DNA of 32,000 bases from Acaryochloris marina MBIC11017 (lineage in GTDB: Bacteria; Cyanobacteriota; Cyanobacteriia; Thermosynechococcales; Thermosynechococcaceae). A program made the translations under genes and the position numbers. Below are positions 17,094 through 28,002 of this stretch, in pieces (the stretch's first letter is position 1; each line of letters begins with the position of its first letter). The stretch is from NCBI RefSeq assembly GCF_000018105.1, contig NC_009925.1, positions 2,130,001-2,162,000 on the forward strand, written 5' to 3'. Under the pieces are notes generated by a model. That model was not told the DNA's origin. It saw nothing but the letters and a program-made list of their open reading frames with translations, and did no database searches.

Positions 17094-20045
17094 CTATTTA
17101 GCCTCCATCCAGTTAGCTCCAGTATGTACTTCAGCTACCAGGGGAATACTGAGGGGGAGTGCCGTCTCCATTGTGGTTTTGATTTGCGATCGCACATCGT
17201 CCACTTCATCCACAGGGACTTCCAACACTAATTCATCATGAACCTGCATCAGCAGTCGACTCTTATAGGGTTCAAGAGCAGCCTGGAGTTGAACCATGGC
17301 AATTTTAATTAGGTCAGCACTAGACCCTTGGATGGGAGCATTGGCTGCTGCCCGCAGCAGACCTCGATCATAGCTACTCATTTTGATATCGCTGAGATCG
17401 ACTTCTGCTAACTCTTCTAGAGCTTTACCGCGATATTTTTTCAAGCCCCGACTATCAAACTCAAAATAGCGTCGGCGTCCAAGAATCGTTTCCACATAAC
17501 CTTGGCTCACCGCTTCTCGCTCCATCCGCTGCAAATAGGCAAAAACCTCTGGATAGCGATCATAGAACCGCTGAATAAAGTCTTTGGCCTCGCTATATTT
17601 AACCCCAGCCTCACGGGCAAACCGATGGGGGCCCATGCCATAGATAACACCAAAGTTGATAATCTTCGCTAATCGTCGTTCCTCGGCTGCAATCTGATCT
17701 TTTTCCAACAGCAATTGGGCCGTCAGAGTGTGAACATCCTGACCATTCCGATAAGCCTCTAATAGCCGTGGCTCTTGGCTGAGGTGGGCAAGAATCCGCA
17801 GCTCAATTTGGGAATAATCCGCTGCCATCAGGATCCAGCTCGATTCGGGAATAAATGCGGCTCGGATTTGACGGCTAAATTCAGTCCGAATGGGAATATT
17901 CTGCAAGTTGGGATTCGAGGAAGACAGGCGTCCCGTCGCAGTCACCGCCTGATTAAAGTCCGTATGGATGCGGTGGGTATCGTCCCTAACCAGCATCGGC
18001 AACGCATCCACATAGGTGGATTTGAGTTTAGCTAAGGTTCGATACTCCAACAGCACATCGATAATCGGATGATCACCCTGCAGTTTTTCCAAAGTGGCGG
18101 CATCCGTAGAGTAGCCCAGCTTGGTCTTGCGGGACTTCTTAACATCCAGCTCTAGGCGGCCAAACAGGATTTCACTCAACTGCTTAGGGGAGCCTAAATT
18201 GAAGATTTCTCCGGCTAGCTCATACGCCCCGGCCTCCAATCGCTGGAGATCAGCCTCTAATTGGGTAGAGAGGGTTTGCAAATACTCTTGGTCAATGCGA
18301 ACGCCTGATGTTTCCATCACCGCCAACACCGCTTCCAAAGGCAGCTCTACTTCCTGAAATAGGCCATGCAATGAGGGAATCGCAGCCAGTTCAGCTTCCA
18401 GCTTCTCTCTTAGCTGATAGGTGGTGAATACATCTAATCCACAATATTCTGCTACTTGGGTAATGGACAAGTCGGCAATGGTTTGCCCTTTTTTGACCAA
18501 TTCCTTATAGCTTTTTGCCGTTATTTGCAGATAATTTCGAGAGAGATCCGTCAGGTTATGGCTACGTTCGGGATTTAGCACATAATTAGCCAGCATCGTG
18601 TCAAAAACAACGCCCTGAAGCTGAATTCCCTGGAACTGAAACACTAATCGATCAAATTTGGCATTTTGGAGCACCTTGGGATAGACATCACTTTCTAGAA
18701 TGGGGCGTAACCCTTCCAGGGCTGTCTCAAGATCTAAGTTGTCGCCCTCTTTATGGCCAACCGGGATATAGGCAATCGCCTGTTCCTCCCCCTGCCAACA
18801 ACAGCCAATACCGACGAGATGAGCATCTCGGGGGGAAAGGCTATCGGTTTCCGTATCCCAAGCCACAGGTTGATTGCCATCGGTGCACGATTCCAAAATC
18901 GTGATTAACTCTTTCAACTTGGCAGGCGTATCCACAATTCGAGGAACCAATTGAGGGGGTGGCGGCGTTTGGACAGCCTCAGTATCTTCAGCACTAAAAA
19001 ACCAGGTGTCATCTCCATCGTCTGTAACCGGAGATGCAGTAGGGGCAGGTGGGGCGATGGCTTCTCCCCCAAACTGCTTTTGTAGCTGGTTAATTTGGCG
19101 CAGGAAAGACTGAAATTCTAGCTTCTCCAGCACAGGAGACACCTTATCCGAGGTGAAACCTTTGAGTTCAAAGTCTTTTGGCCCCACCTTTAAAGGCACG
19201 TCCAAAACAATGCGAGCCATAAATTGAGAATGATAGGCAGCCTCTTTGCCCGTGATCAGTTTTTTCTGAACGGCTCCTTTAATCTGGTCAACCGAGGCAT
19301 AGATGTTGTCGAGGGTGCCGTACTCCGTCAGCAGCTTAACGGCAGTTTTATCGCCAATCCCCTTCACCCCCGGAATATTATCGGACGAGTCTCCACAGAG
19401 GGCTTTATAATCGACAATCTGCTCAACGGTAACGCCCATCTTTTCCTGGACTTCGGTGGGGCCAAAGGACCCTGGTGGGGCTCCACTCCGAGAGGCAGCA
19501 CTATAAATATTGCTCATATAGAGAATGCGAACCCGATCGTCAGGCTGAACCAGCTGAAATAAATCGCGATCACCGCTGAGGATCTTCACCTTAAATCCTT
19601 GCTGACTCGCCTGATAGGCCAACGTGCCTAGCACATCATCCGCTTCATACCCCGGCTCAACCACAATGGGCAAATCCATAGCGGTCAAAAGCTCTTGCAA
19701 ATTTTCTAGATCTGGGATGAAGTCTTCGGGGGTTTCGGCTCGGTTGGCTTTATAGGTTTCATCGGCTTTATGGCGAAAGGTCGGTCCCCCCAAGTCAAAG
19801 GCAATGGCTAAATAATGGGGTTTCTCGGTCTTCAGTAAATCCAGTAGGTTCTTAAGAAACCCATAACAGACACTCGTGGGAATCCCTGTGGAGGTTCGTA
19901 ATCCACCTTCTCGGCCTTTGGCAAAGGCATAGTAAGCCCGAAAGGCCAGGGAATGTCCGTCAACCAAAACCAGGGTGGGCTTGGAGTTTGCGCTTGCAGA
20001 AGACTGAAGTGCAGCGGGTGCTGGGGAAGTAGAGGTGGGAGTCAT
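17094..20045 (-). CDS. polA: DNA polymerase I (5'-3' exonuclease, 3'-5' exonuclease and polymerase domains)
   Basis: 983 aa. 5'-nuclease region: LVDGHSLAFRAYYA, GDSSDNIPGVKGIGDKTA. 3'-5' exonuclease region: VAWDTETDSL. Polymerase motifs: DYSQIELRILAH, RRLAKIINFGVIYGM, QVHDELVLE. Confidence 0.95.
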   Translation of the reverse strand: MTPTSTSPAPAALQSSASANSKPTLVLVDGHSLAFRAYYAFAKGREGGLRTSTGIPTSVCYGFLKNLLDLLKTEKPHYLAIAFDLGGPTFRHKADETYKANRAETPEDFIPDLENLQELLTAMDLPIVVEPGYEADDVLGTLAYQASQQGFKVKILSGDRDLFQLVQPDDRVRILYMSNIYSAASRSGAPPGSFGPTEVQEKMGVTVEQIVDYKALCGDSSDNIPGVKGIGDKTAVKLLTEYGTLDNIYASVDQIKGAVQKKLITGKEAAYHSQFMARIVLDVPLKVGPKDFELKGFTSDKVSPVLEKLEFQSFLRQINQLQKQFGGEAIAPPAPTASPVTDDGDDTWFFSAEDTEAVQTPPPPQLVPRIVDTPAKLKELITILESCTDGNQPVAWDTETDSLSPRDAHLVGIGCCWQGEEQAIAYIPVGHKEGDNLDLETALEGLRPILESDVYPKVLQNAKFDRLVFQFQGIQLQGVVFDTMLANYVLNPERSHNLTDLSRNYLQITAKSYKELVKKGQTIADLSITQVAEYCGLDVFTTYQLREKLEAELAAIPSLHGLFQEVELPLEAVLAVMETSGVRIDQEYLQTLSTQLEADLQRLEAGAYELAGEIFNLGSPKQLSEILFGRLELDVKKSRKTKLGYSTDAATLEKLQGDHPIIDVLLEYRTLAKLKSTYVDALPMLVRDDTHRIHTDFNQAVTATGRLSSSNPNLQNIPIRTEFSRQIRAAFIPESSWILMAADYSQIELRILAHLSQEPRLLEAYRNGQDVHTLTAQLLLEKDQIAAEERRLAKIINFGVIYGMGPHRFAREAGVKYSEAKDFIQRFYDRYPEVFAYLQRMEREAVSQGYVETILGRRRYFEFDSRGLKKYRGKALEELAEVDLSDIKMSSYDRGLLRAAANAPIQGSSADLIKIAMVQLQAALEPYKSRLLMQVHDELVLEVPVDEVDDVRSQIKTTMETALPLSIPLVAEVHTGANWMEAK

Positions 20046-20233
20046 GACCCTATTGTACGGATTTACAAGGCTTTATCCGTGATATACAAGACTTTCCACA
20101 CGATTCCTCATCCAACCCAGCATCTCGCTGCTCGCGCAAATGGGTCAAAGGAAAAACTGTTATGGGGAACAATAGGCTCAGCCTATGGCATTTCGTCACT
20201 TTCACAGCCCTATTTCCATCACAGCGAGCAACA

Positions 20234-20524
20234 ATGGCCCAACACAACCGTCTCACGTATCTTGGCAGTCTGATATTTGCTTCCTTACTCCTGATCAGCT
20301 GCCAAAATAAAGAGCTGGTTAGTCAGGAGAAATACAAACAGCTCAAGTTAGATATGTCCTATGAAGACGTCAAGAAAATTATGGGCAGTCCCGGCAAGGT
20401 AAAGAAGTTTCCAGGACAACCCTCCACAGAAACGACTTACGTCTGGAAACAAAAGAATTCTTCTTATCGCATTCTCGTAACGCTCAAAGATGGGAAAGTC
20501 GGCAGTCTAGTGGATATCAAGTGA
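20234..20524 (+). CDS. Small lipoprotein, DUF3862-like
   Basis: Track ORF 20162..20524 trimmed to ATG 20234 (MAQHNRLTYLGSLIFASLLLISC...). It has a signal peptide with lipobox LISC. The mature part, KYKQLKLDMSYEDVKKIMGSPG...YVWK...DGKV, resembles the DUF3862 pattern as I remember it. Confidence 0.5.
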   Translation: MAQHNRLTYLGSLIFASLLLISCQNKELVSQEKYKQLKLDMSYEDVKKIMGSPGKVKKFPGQPSTETTYVWKQKNSSYRILVTLKDGKVGSLVDIK

Positions 20525-20560
20525 AGTTCTAGAGACTGACACCCCTTACTTTTCCCAGCA

Positions 20561-20932
20561 ATGACTGATAAAAAGATGGCGCTAGTCGTCCAGATTTCAG
20601 CTTCACCTTACGATACAGACTACGACATGGCCTACGTTTACTGCTTTGATGAGGCCAAGAATTATTGTTTTTCCCTCTCAAGATTTCCTCATTCTGAGCA
20701 TATTGAGGTGATGATCGTTGACCAGCTAGTGAGTCACGTCGATGATTTGACAATATCTGTAACTCACAATTTGATGACAGCCACGTTGGATGAAAAGACA
20801 GCTATATCTCTGGATGGATATCATCACTATGACCTTCACTTTGAATTGACGCCCCCAGAGAGGACTCGCCTTATCAATAGCCTTCAGCAAATTTTTGCTG
20901 GAAAGTCAGGATTATCAATTGATATTCCTTGA
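20561..20932 (+). CDS. Hypothetical protein, 123 aa, no recognisable domain
   Basis: It is the only long ORF in this interval and does not overlap its neighbours. No motif was recognised. Confidence 0.4.
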   Translation: MTDKKMALVVQISASPYDTDYDMAYVYCFDEAKNYCFSLSRFPHSEHIEVMIVDQLVSHVDDLTISVTHNLMTATLDEKTAISLDGYHHYDLHFELTPPERTRLINSLQQIFAGKSGLSIDIP

Positions 20933-21015
20933 AAGATGGGAGCATTGGACTGACACAACACTCCCATATCCGAATTTGTACAGATAGTAGAAAACGAGCA
21001 GACAGCCGCGCCAGA

Positions 21016-22188
21016 TTAACCGTGGCTAGCCTTCATCTGTTCGTAAGCCCAGTCTAACCAAGGCGTCAAGGCTTCCAGATCCGCTGTATCGACTGTGGCT
21101 CCGCCCCAAATTCTCAGTCCTGGGGGCGCATCACGATAAGACCCGATATCATAAGCAACTCCCTCCTTATCTAGCAAGGTCGCTAATTGCTTTGCTCCTT
21201 TGGCCTGATCTTCGGCAGAGAGAGCCGTATACCAAGGATCCACGATTTTAAGACAAATAGACGTATTGGAGCGAGTAGCCGGATCGACGGCGAGGAAATC
21301 CACCCAATCTGTGCGGTCAACCCAGTTAGTGATTGCAGTCAGGTTTGCTTGAGAACGCGCGATCAATGCCGAGACTCCACCCAGGCTCTCAGCCCATTTC
21401 AGTCCATCCAAAGCATCTTCGACACAGAGCATAGAAGGAGTGTTGATGGTTGCACCAGTGAAAATCGCTGCATTCAGCTTGCCTTTTTTCGTTAACTGAA
21501 AAATCTTGGGAAGTGGCCATGCAGGTGAATAGGACTCCAATCGCTCGACTGCCCGAGGGCTCAAAACCAACATGCCGTGGGCCGCTTCTCCACCCATTAC
21601 CTTTTGCCAGGACCAAGTGACCACATCCAGCTTGGCCCAGGGAATATCCATGGCAAAGGTGGCGGACGTGGCATCTGCAATCGTGAGGCCCTGACGATTA
21701 TCTGGAATCCAGTCGCCGTTGGGAACTTTGACCCCGGAGGTGGTGCCATTCCAGGTGAATACGATGTCGCGATCGCAATCCAGTTGCGACAGATCCGGCA
21801 AATGGCCATATTCGGCCTTGGTGATTCGGCAATCCGACAGTTTTAACTGCTTTTGTACATCCGTCACCCAGCCAGACCCAAAGCTTTCCCAAGCCACCAT
21901 CTCTACACCGCGAGCACCGAGGAGGGACCACATGGCGATTTCTACCGCACCCGTATCGGAGGCGGGGACAATGCCGCAGAGATAGTCTTCAGGAATACCG
22001 AGAGTAGATTTGGTCCGATCAATCACCTCTTTCAGGCGGGCTTTGCCCGGACCAGACCGATGGGAGCGGCCCACCAACGCATTATTAAGAGCTTCCAGAC
22101 TCCAACCAGGGCGCTTGGAGCAAGGGCCTGACGAAAAGTAGGGACGTTGGGGGCGTTGGCTAGGTTGGGACGTCATATCAAATTCCAC
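21016..22188 (-). CDS. serC: Phosphoserine aminotransferase (class V aminotransferase, the roughly 380-aa actinobacterial/cyanobacterial SerC type)
   Basis: N-terminus reads [20 protein letters not shown]. Other matching stretches: [60 protein letters not shown]. The start could be ATG 22176 instead. Confidence 0.75.
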   Translation of the reverse strand: MEFDMTSQPSQRPQRPYFSSGPCSKRPGWSLEALNNALVGRSHRSGPGKARLKEVIDRTKSTLGIPEDYLCGIVPASDTGAVEIAMWSLLGARGVEMVAWESFGSGWVTDVQKQLKLSDCRITKAEYGHLPDLSQLDCDRDIVFTWNGTTSGVKVPNGDWIPDNRQGLTIADATSATFAMDIPWAKLDVVTWSWQKVMGGEAAHGMLVLSPRAVERLESYSPAWPLPKIFQLTKKGKLNAAIFTGATINTPSMLCVEDALDGLKWAESLGGVSALIARSQANLTAITNWVDRTDWVDFLAVDPATRSNTSICLKIVDPWYTALSAEDQAKGAKQLATLLDKEGVAYDIGSYRDAPPGLRIWGGATVDTADLEALTPWLDWAYEQMKASHG

Positions 22189-22377
22189 GTTGGGGGTAGG
22201 ACTATCGAAATGCAGCAGAACTTGAGTCGCTTGCCACAGGGGTTGCTAGAAGTAAATTAGTCTAAGCTGCTTCATCCGGGATCCAGCGTTCCGAATTATT
22301 TTTTTAAGATCCGGGAAGGCTCCACTAGTGCACTGGTAAACTTAAATCCTTCATTGGTCATATTCGGTTGATATCCT

Positions 22378-22671
22378 ATGCCGCCAGAGAACAGTCTTAA
22401 GGATCAACGTCATCCTCAACAAGATCGCGATCGCAACACCCTAAATCGCCTGCTCCGGGAAGAACCCAATGCACTGAACTGGGCTGAACTGGCCCGACTC
22501 CGCATTCGCTATGCCGGATTTCCGGGGAGTCGTGACATCCAAAAGGATCTGGATAAATTACTCGAAAAATGGGATGTCACCGAAGACCAACTTTTTGAGA
22601 AGACCCGTGAAATCCACGCTACCCAGAAAATTTACACCGTACGGACGAATAAAAAAGAAGACTGGACCTAA
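22378..22671 (+). CDS. DUF3288-family protein (cyanobacterial)
   Basis: DQRHPQQDRDRNTLNRLL...NWAELARLRIRYAGFPGSRDIQKDLDKLLEKWDVTEDQLFEKTREIH matches my memory of the DUF3288 signature (LAELARLRIRY.GFPGARDIQ). Confidence 0.6.
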   Translation: MPPENSLKDQRHPQQDRDRNTLNRLLREEPNALNWAELARLRIRYAGFPGSRDIQKDLDKLLEKWDVTEDQLFEKTREIHATQKIYTVRTNKKEDWT

Positions 22672-23174
22672 TGGCACCGCCCCTGAAGCTCTATCTCATT
22701 CGTCATGGAATTGCCGAAGAGCGACAGCCCCATCTCCCTGATCAGCAGCGGGCCTTAACCGCTAAAGGTCGACAGAAAACCCAGAAAGTGGCCCAGCGAC
22801 TACAAACGCTAGGAATCCATTTTGATGATTTGCAGACCAGTCCGCTAGTCCGTGCCCATCAAACCGCTGAGATTCTCCAACACCAAGGATTAGTCCCCCG
22901 CATCCATGTCTCCGATTTATTAAGTCCCGACGGCAACTGGCCAGACTGGCTCCAATGGCTACAGGATTGGCGAAACCCAGGTTTGACTCATTTAGCCTTG
23001 GTCGGGCATGAACCGAATCTGAGCACATGGGCGGAGATTTTAGTTTGGGGACAACCCCGTCAGCAACTGGTTGTGAAGAAGGCTGGTATGATTGGACTAC
23101 TCCTGCCTGAGCATCACAACCCTGTAGGGCAAAGCACCCTGTTTTGGTTGACTGCTCCAAAATTGCTGTTTTAG
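22671..23174 (+). CDS. sixA: Phosphohistidine phosphatase SixA (histidine-phosphatase superfamily)
   Basis: LYLIRHGIAEER, RALTAKGRQKT, TSPLVRAHQTAEIL and LVGHEPNLS. Its start overlaps the DUF3288 stop codon (TAATG). Confidence 0.7.
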   Translation: MAPPLKLYLIRHGIAEERQPHLPDQQRALTAKGRQKTQKVAQRLQTLGIHFDDLQTSPLVRAHQTAEILQHQGLVPRIHVSDLLSPDGNWPDWLQWLQDWRNPGLTHLALVGHEPNLSTWAEILVWGQPRQQLVVKKAGMIGLLLPEHHNPVGQSTLFWLTAPKLLF

Positions 23175-23260
23175 AGCCCATACCCTCCTTCGCCCTGCCC
23201 GGCTCCCCCTCAGTGCTTCCAGGCAGTTGGCGATCTATTCACCTTCATCTGAGAGACACT

Positions 23261-24397
23261 ATGGTCGCTTGTGAATTTCAACCCGGTTTAGAAGGAATTC
23301 CTGCTGCTCAATCCCAGATCAGCTTTGTGAATGGCCAAGTCGGTAAGTTGGAGTATCGCGGTGTTCCCATTGAAGCCCTCGCAGACAACAGCAGCTTCCT
23401 GGAAACGGCCTATCTATTGATTTGGGGGGAATTTCCCAAATCGGATGATCTAGACGCTTTTCAAGAAGAAATCACCCATCATCGCCGCATCAAATATCGC
23501 ATCCGAGACATGATGAAGTGTTTTCCCGAAAGCGGTCACCCGATGGATGCCCTACAGGCGTCAGCCGCAGCTCTAGGACTGTTCTATTCCCGACGGGCTT
23601 TAGATGATCCCATTTATATTCGTCGGGCCGTGGTGCGATTACTGGCAAAAATCCCAACGATGGTGGCAGCCTTTGAGCATATTCGCAAAGGTAATGACCC
23701 GGTGCGACCTCGGGATGATTTGAGCTATGCTGCCAACTTCCTCTACATGATGAATGAGCAGGAGCCGGACCCCTTTTTAGCCCAAATCTTTGACACCTGC
23801 TTGATCCTGCATGCCGAGCATACAATGAACGCCTCAACCTTCTCGGCTCGGGTCACCGCCTCTACCCTCACCGATCCCTATGCCATTGTGGCTTCAGCCG
23901 TGGGCACCTTAGCCGGGCCTTTACATGGGGGAGCCAACGAAGAAGTGATCACTATGCTGGCGGAGATCGGCTCGGTGGAGAATGTCCAGCCTTTCTTAGA
24001 AGAGAAGCTCGCCACCAAATCTAAAATTATGGGATTTGGGCATCGTGTCTATAAAGTGAAGGATCCGAGAGCAAAGATCTTACAGAAATTAGCCGAACAA
24101 TTGTTTGATAAAACCGGTGGCGATCCCTCCTATGAAATTGCCCTAGCGCTGGAAAAAGCAGTGGCCGAAAAACTGGGGAGTAAAGGGATTTATCCCAATG
24201 TTGATTTTTACTCTGGGCTGGTTTACCAAAAACTGGGAATTCCCACGGATTTATTTACACCTATCTTTGCGATCGCAAGAGTGGCTGGCTGGTTAGCCCA
24301 CTGGCGAGAACAGTTGGAAACGAACCGGATTTATCGCCCCAGCCAGGTTTATATCGGCGACCATAGTCTTGCTTATATCCCGCCAGAGAGCCGTTAG
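23261..24397 (+). CDS. gltA: Citrate synthase
   Basis: Track ORF 23144..24397 trimmed to ATG 23261 (MVACEFQPGLEGIPAAQSQISFVNG). The 39-aa extension overlaps sixA and does not look like citrate synthase. Motifs: LILHAEHTMNASTF, GPLHGGANE, MGFGHRVYK, NVDFYSG. Confidence 0.9.
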   Translation: MVACEFQPGLEGIPAAQSQISFVNGQVGKLEYRGVPIEALADNSSFLETAYLLIWGEFPKSDDLDAFQEEITHHRRIKYRIRDMMKCFPESGHPMDALQASAAALGLFYSRRALDDPIYIRRAVVRLLAKIPTMVAAFEHIRKGNDPVRPRDDLSYAANFLYMMNEQEPDPFLAQIFDTCLILHAEHTMNASTFSARVTASTLTDPYAIVASAVGTLAGPLHGGANEEVITMLAEIGSVENVQPFLEEKLATKSKIMGFGHRVYKVKDPRAKILQKLAEQLFDKTGGDPSYEIALALEKAVAEKLGSKGIYPNVDFYSGLVYQKLGIPTDLFTPIFAIARVAGWLAHWREQLETNRIYRPSQVYIGDHSLAYIPPESR

Positions 24398-24552
24398 AAC
24401 AGACATAGACTAGAATCAATCCTTTCCTTCAGCCCTTAGGGAAATGGATTTCGGAGCATGAAGTTATTCTCCTAGAAACTCGCCTAGGCGTATATACTGG
24501 TTTAGGCATCAAGAAACTTTACAAATCATAAATTCAGTAAGAATGGGCGGCA

Positions 24553-25671
24553 ATGAACCCAGGTATTGATCTTGAACAACGCTTTGTTGAAACTTTAATG
24601 GAATTGGGGTTAACCCCCGGTGTCGCCAAAACCATTTGGCTTCCGATCCCCATGTTGTTGATGATTATCGGCGCAACAGTGGGAGTCCTGGTTTCGGTTT
24701 GGCTAGAACGAAAAATTTCAGCGGCGGCTCAGCAACGGATTGGCCCCGAATATATTGGACCGCTGGGCATCCTAGCGCCAGTGGCAGACGGCATCAAACT
24801 CGTCTTTAAAGAAGACATTGTGCCAGCCAATACCGACCCCTGGCTTTTTACGTTAGGTCCCATCCTGGTCGTCATCCCTGTCTTTTTCTCCTATCTGATT
24901 GTCCCGTTTGGTCAGAATATTCTGATTACAGACCTAGGGATTGGCATCTTTTTCTGGATTGCCTTATCTAGCATTGCGCCAATCGGTCTGCTAATGGCGG
25001 GATATTCCTCCAATAACAAGTACTCTTTGCTGGGTGGACTCCGAGCTGCAGCCCAATCCATCAGCTATGAAATCCCACTGGCCTTAGCAGTCTTGGCTGT
25101 GGTGATGATGTCCAACAGCCTCAGCACCATTGACATTGTTAACCAGCAATCAGGCTATGGCATCCTCGGATGGAACGTTATTCGCCAGCCCATTGGGTTC
25201 ATGTTGTTTTGGATTGCAGCCTTGGCGGAATGTGAACGTCTCCCTTTTGACTTACCCGAAGCGGAAGAAGAATTGGTGGCCGGTTACCAAACCGAATATG
25301 CAGGCATGAAGTTTGCTCTGTTCTATTTGGGGTCCTACGTCAACCTCGTACTGTCCTCAATTCTGGTAGCGGTCCTCTACTTTGGCGGTTGGGACCTCCC
25401 CATTCCAGCAACCATGATTGCAGACTGGATTAATGTCGATCCCAACAATGCCATTTTTGAGTTAGTGACGGCTGGCCTAGGCTTGGTAATGACCCTGCTG
25501 AAAGCCTATTTCTTCCTGTTCCTAGCTATTTTGTTGCGCTGGACCGTTCCTCGAGTCCGTATTGACCAGCTTTTAGATTTTGGTTGGAAATTTTTACTGC
25601 CTGTGGGATTGGTGAACCTCCTTCTCACCGCCGGTCTGAAATTAGCGTTTCCTTTTGCCTTTGGTGGATAG
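24553..25671 (+). CDS. ndhA: NAD(P)H-quinone oxidoreductase subunit 1 (NDH-1 subunit A / NuoH homologue)
   Basis: [73 protein letters not shown]. Confidence 0.95.
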   Translation: MNPGIDLEQRFVETLMELGLTPGVAKTIWLPIPMLLMIIGATVGVLVSVWLERKISAAAQQRIGPEYIGPLGILAPVADGIKLVFKEDIVPANTDPWLFTLGPILVVIPVFFSYLIVPFGQNILITDLGIGIFFWIALSSIAPIGLLMAGYSSNNKYSLLGGLRAAAQSISYEIPLALAVLAVVMMSNSLSTIDIVNQQSGYGILGWNVIRQPIGFMLFWIAALAECERLPFDLPEAEEELVAGYQTEYAGMKFALFYLGSYVNLVLSSILVAVLYFGGWDLPIPATMIADWINVDPNNAIFELVTAGLGLVMTLLKAYFFLFLAILLRWTVPRVRIDQLLDFGWKFLLPVGLVNLLLTAGLKLAFPFAFGG

Positions 25672-25742
25672 GCACAAGGTAAATTTTCTAAACTTAAAAC
25701 TAACGCCAGCCTTCATCTGCCGACATCTGAGAGTGAACATCC

Positions 25743-26345
25743 ATGCTCAAGTTTCTGAATCAAGTCACCAGTTACGGAAAAGAATCTTTCCAAGCGGCTC
25801 GTTACATTGGCCAAGGTCTAGCCGTGACCTTCGACCATATGAAGCGCCGTCCGATTACGGTGCAGTATCCCTATGAAAAGCTGATTCCTTCCGAGCGATT
25901 TCGCGGTCGGATTCACTTTGAATTTGACAAGTGCATTTCTTGCGAAGTCTGTGTTCGAGTATGCCCGATTAATCTGCCCGTGGTGGATTGGGAGTTCAAT
26001 AAGGAGATCAAGAAGAAGCAGCTCAAGCACTACAGTATTGACTTTGGGGTCTGTATTTTCTGTGCCAACTGTGTGGAATACTGTCCCACAAACTGTCTCT
26101 CGGTCACCGAAGAGTACGAGCTATCGACCTTCGATCGCCATGAGCTGAACTTCGATAACGTGGCGATGGGACGTTTACCCTACAAAGTGACGCAAGATCC
26201 AATGGTCACCCCTATTCGCGAGTTTGCTTACTTACCAGAATCAGAAATGGATGGTCATAACGTGGACCATACGGCACCCCGAGCTGGGCAAACCCCCGCC
26301 GAGATTGTCGCCAGCACACCGAAACCCGAAACCAAGGAGGGCTAA
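25743..26345 (+). CDS. ndhI: NAD(P)H-quinone oxidoreductase subunit I (2x[4Fe-4S] ferredoxin-type)
   Basis: Two cysteine clusters, [12 protein letters not shown] and [12 protein letters not shown]. The N-terminus MLKFLNQV...[13 protein letters not shown] is typical of NdhI. Confidence 0.95.
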
Positions 26346-26348
26346 TCA

Positions 26349-26945
26349 GTGAATCTTGCAGAAGGGGTTCAGCTCGTCTCCCTCATTCTTTTGTCTGTCA
26401 TGATGCTTGGAGCTGCTTTAGGAGTGGTTTTATTTGAGAGCATTGTTTACTCAGCGTTTACCCTAGGTGCAGTCTTTATCAGCATTGCGGGTCTTTACAT
26501 TTTGCTGAATGCGGACTTTGTATCGGCGGCCCAAATCCTGATCTATGTGGGTGCGGTCAACGTCCTCATTCTGTTTGCGATCATGCTGGTCAATAAAACT
26601 GAAGACTTTAAACCTCTACCCAGACGCTGGATTCGGAAAGTCTCTACCGCTTTTGTGTCCTTGGCTCTGTTTACCCTGCTGGCAACAATGGTCCTGCAAA
26701 CCAACTGGCCGGTAGATGTAGCCCTCGCCCCCCCTGCTTCATCAGTGGAAACCATTGGCATCCATTTCTTCACCGATTATTTGTTGCCCTTTGAATTGGC
26801 GTCCATTCTCTTGCTGATGGCCTTGGTCGGTGCAGTTGTCTTAGCCCGCCGGGAAACCATTATTGGTGAAGAAACTGCCATTGTGGGAGAAGAGCCAGCG
26901 CCAGTACTGGAATTACCAGAGCGTCCCAAAGAGCCTGTTGCTTAG
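26349..26945 (+). CDS. ndhG: NAD(P)H-quinone oxidoreductase subunit 6 (NuoJ homologue); GTG start
   Basis: 198-aa hydrophobic protein containing AAQILIYVGAVNVLILFAIML. It occupies the expected position between ndhI and ndhE. Confidence 0.9.
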   Translation: MNLAEGVQLVSLILLSVMMLGAALGVVLFESIVYSAFTLGAVFISIAGLYILLNADFVSAAQILIYVGAVNVLILFAIMLVNKTEDFKPLPRRWIRKVSTAFVSLALFTLLATMVLQTNWPVDVALAPPASSVETIGIHFFTDYLLPFELASILLLMALVGAVVLARRETIIGEETAIVGEEPAPVLELPERPKEPVA

Positions 26946-26989
26946 CGCTGAATCCGTTTTTAAGTCTTGGAGAATTTTAGAGAATCCCT

Positions 26990-27295
26990 ATGAACCTTGA
27001 GTTCTTTTTACTCTTAGCGGCTGCCCTATTTTGTATTGGCATCTATGGTCTAGTGACCAGCCGTAACGCAGTCCGGGTATTAATGTCAGTAGAGCTACTG
27101 CTGAATGCCGTTAATTTAAATTTAGTGTCCTTCTCCAACTTCTTGGATGGCCAAAACATTAATGGTCAGGTATTTACCGTATTTGTCATTACCATTGCGG
27201 CCGCCGAAGCGGCGGTTGGCTTGGCGATTATCCTCTCCATCTACCGCAACCGTGACACAGTCGATATGGAGCAGTTCAATTTGCTGAAGTGGTAG
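26990..27295 (+). CDS. ndhE: NAD(P)H-quinone oxidoreductase subunit 4L (NuoK homologue)
   Basis: 101 aa, with [32 protein letters not shown]...[11 protein letters not shown]. Confidence 0.9.
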   Translation: MNLEFFLLLAAALFCIGIYGLVTSRNAVRVLMSVELLLNAVNLNLVSFSNFLDGQNINGQVFTVFVITIAAAEAAVGLAIILSIYRNRDTVDMEQFNLLKW

Positions 27296-27377
27296 CAGGC
27301 CGTCTTATCTTGGAGTCAAGAGTGGCGATCTCACTGCTGAGCTGATTATGCTTGAGATGTAGCGCATCGCAACCTGC

Positions 27378-27941
27378 ATGAGAGATCAGCTCAAAACCCA
27401 ACTGCAAATTTTAGGACTCTGTGCAGTCACACTGTGGAGCATCCAGCTTATCAATTGGTTGACGGGTGATTTACTGATTCAGTTTGGTATTCAACCCCGT
27501 AGCCTTGTTGGCCTACGGGGTATTCTATTTGCGCCTTTTCTACACGGCAACTTCAGACATCTAATCGCGAATACAGCTCCTTTTCTGGTCTTGGGCGGAT
27601 TGGTGATGGTCCGCCGGATTATGGACTTTTTCTCCGTCAGTCTGATTGTGATGGTGGTGGGTGGTCTAGGCACCTGGCTGATTGGCGGCAGTGATACCCT
27701 CCATATTGGGGCCAGTGGCTTGGTCTTCGGTTACCTGGGCTATCTGCTATTTCGGGGATACTTTGAGCGCAGTTGGCCGGCCATTACCCTGTCGGTGTTT
27801 GTGGCCATTGTCTATGGCAGTATGCTGTTTGGCTTGTTACCGACCATGCCCCATATTTCTTGGGAAGGCCACCTGTTTGGATTTATCGGGGGCGGACTAG
27901 CGGCGAAATGGCTGACCGCAAAACCCAAATCAGCAGCCTAA
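27378..27941 (+). CDS. Rhomboid-family intramembrane serine protease
   Basis: Six hydrophobic segments, FLHGNFRHLIANT, catalytic-type GASGLVFG and a distal HLFGFIGG. Confidence 0.75.
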   Translation: MRDQLKTQLQILGLCAVTLWSIQLINWLTGDLLIQFGIQPRSLVGLRGILFAPFLHGNFRHLIANTAPFLVLGGLVMVRRIMDFFSVSLIVMVVGGLGTWLIGGSDTLHIGASGLVFGYLGYLLFRGYFERSWPAITLSVFVAIVYGSMLFGLLPTMPHISWEGHLFGFIGGGLAAKWLTAKPKSAA

Positions 27942-28002
27942 TTGCCCCAAGAAGCTCACAAATAAGCGGTAGAATTATTAAGTAATTTTTCAAAATGTTA
28001 CT

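Noticed and set aside
23144-23260. Upstream ATG 23144 as the citrate synthase start
   Set aside because: The 39-aa extension overlaps the end of sixA and has no citrate-synthase-like sequence. ATG 23261 gives the usual roughly 378-aa protein beginning at the conserved FxPGLEG region.
27981-28002. Imperfect palindrome AGTAATTTTTCAAAATGTTACT immediately upstream of uvrA, as a possible LexA/SOS box
   Set aside because: It does not fit the cyanobacterial LexA consensus I recall (RGTAC-N3-DGTWCB). The arms need a 2-nt bulge to pair, and the region is AT-rich, so a chance palindrome is likely.
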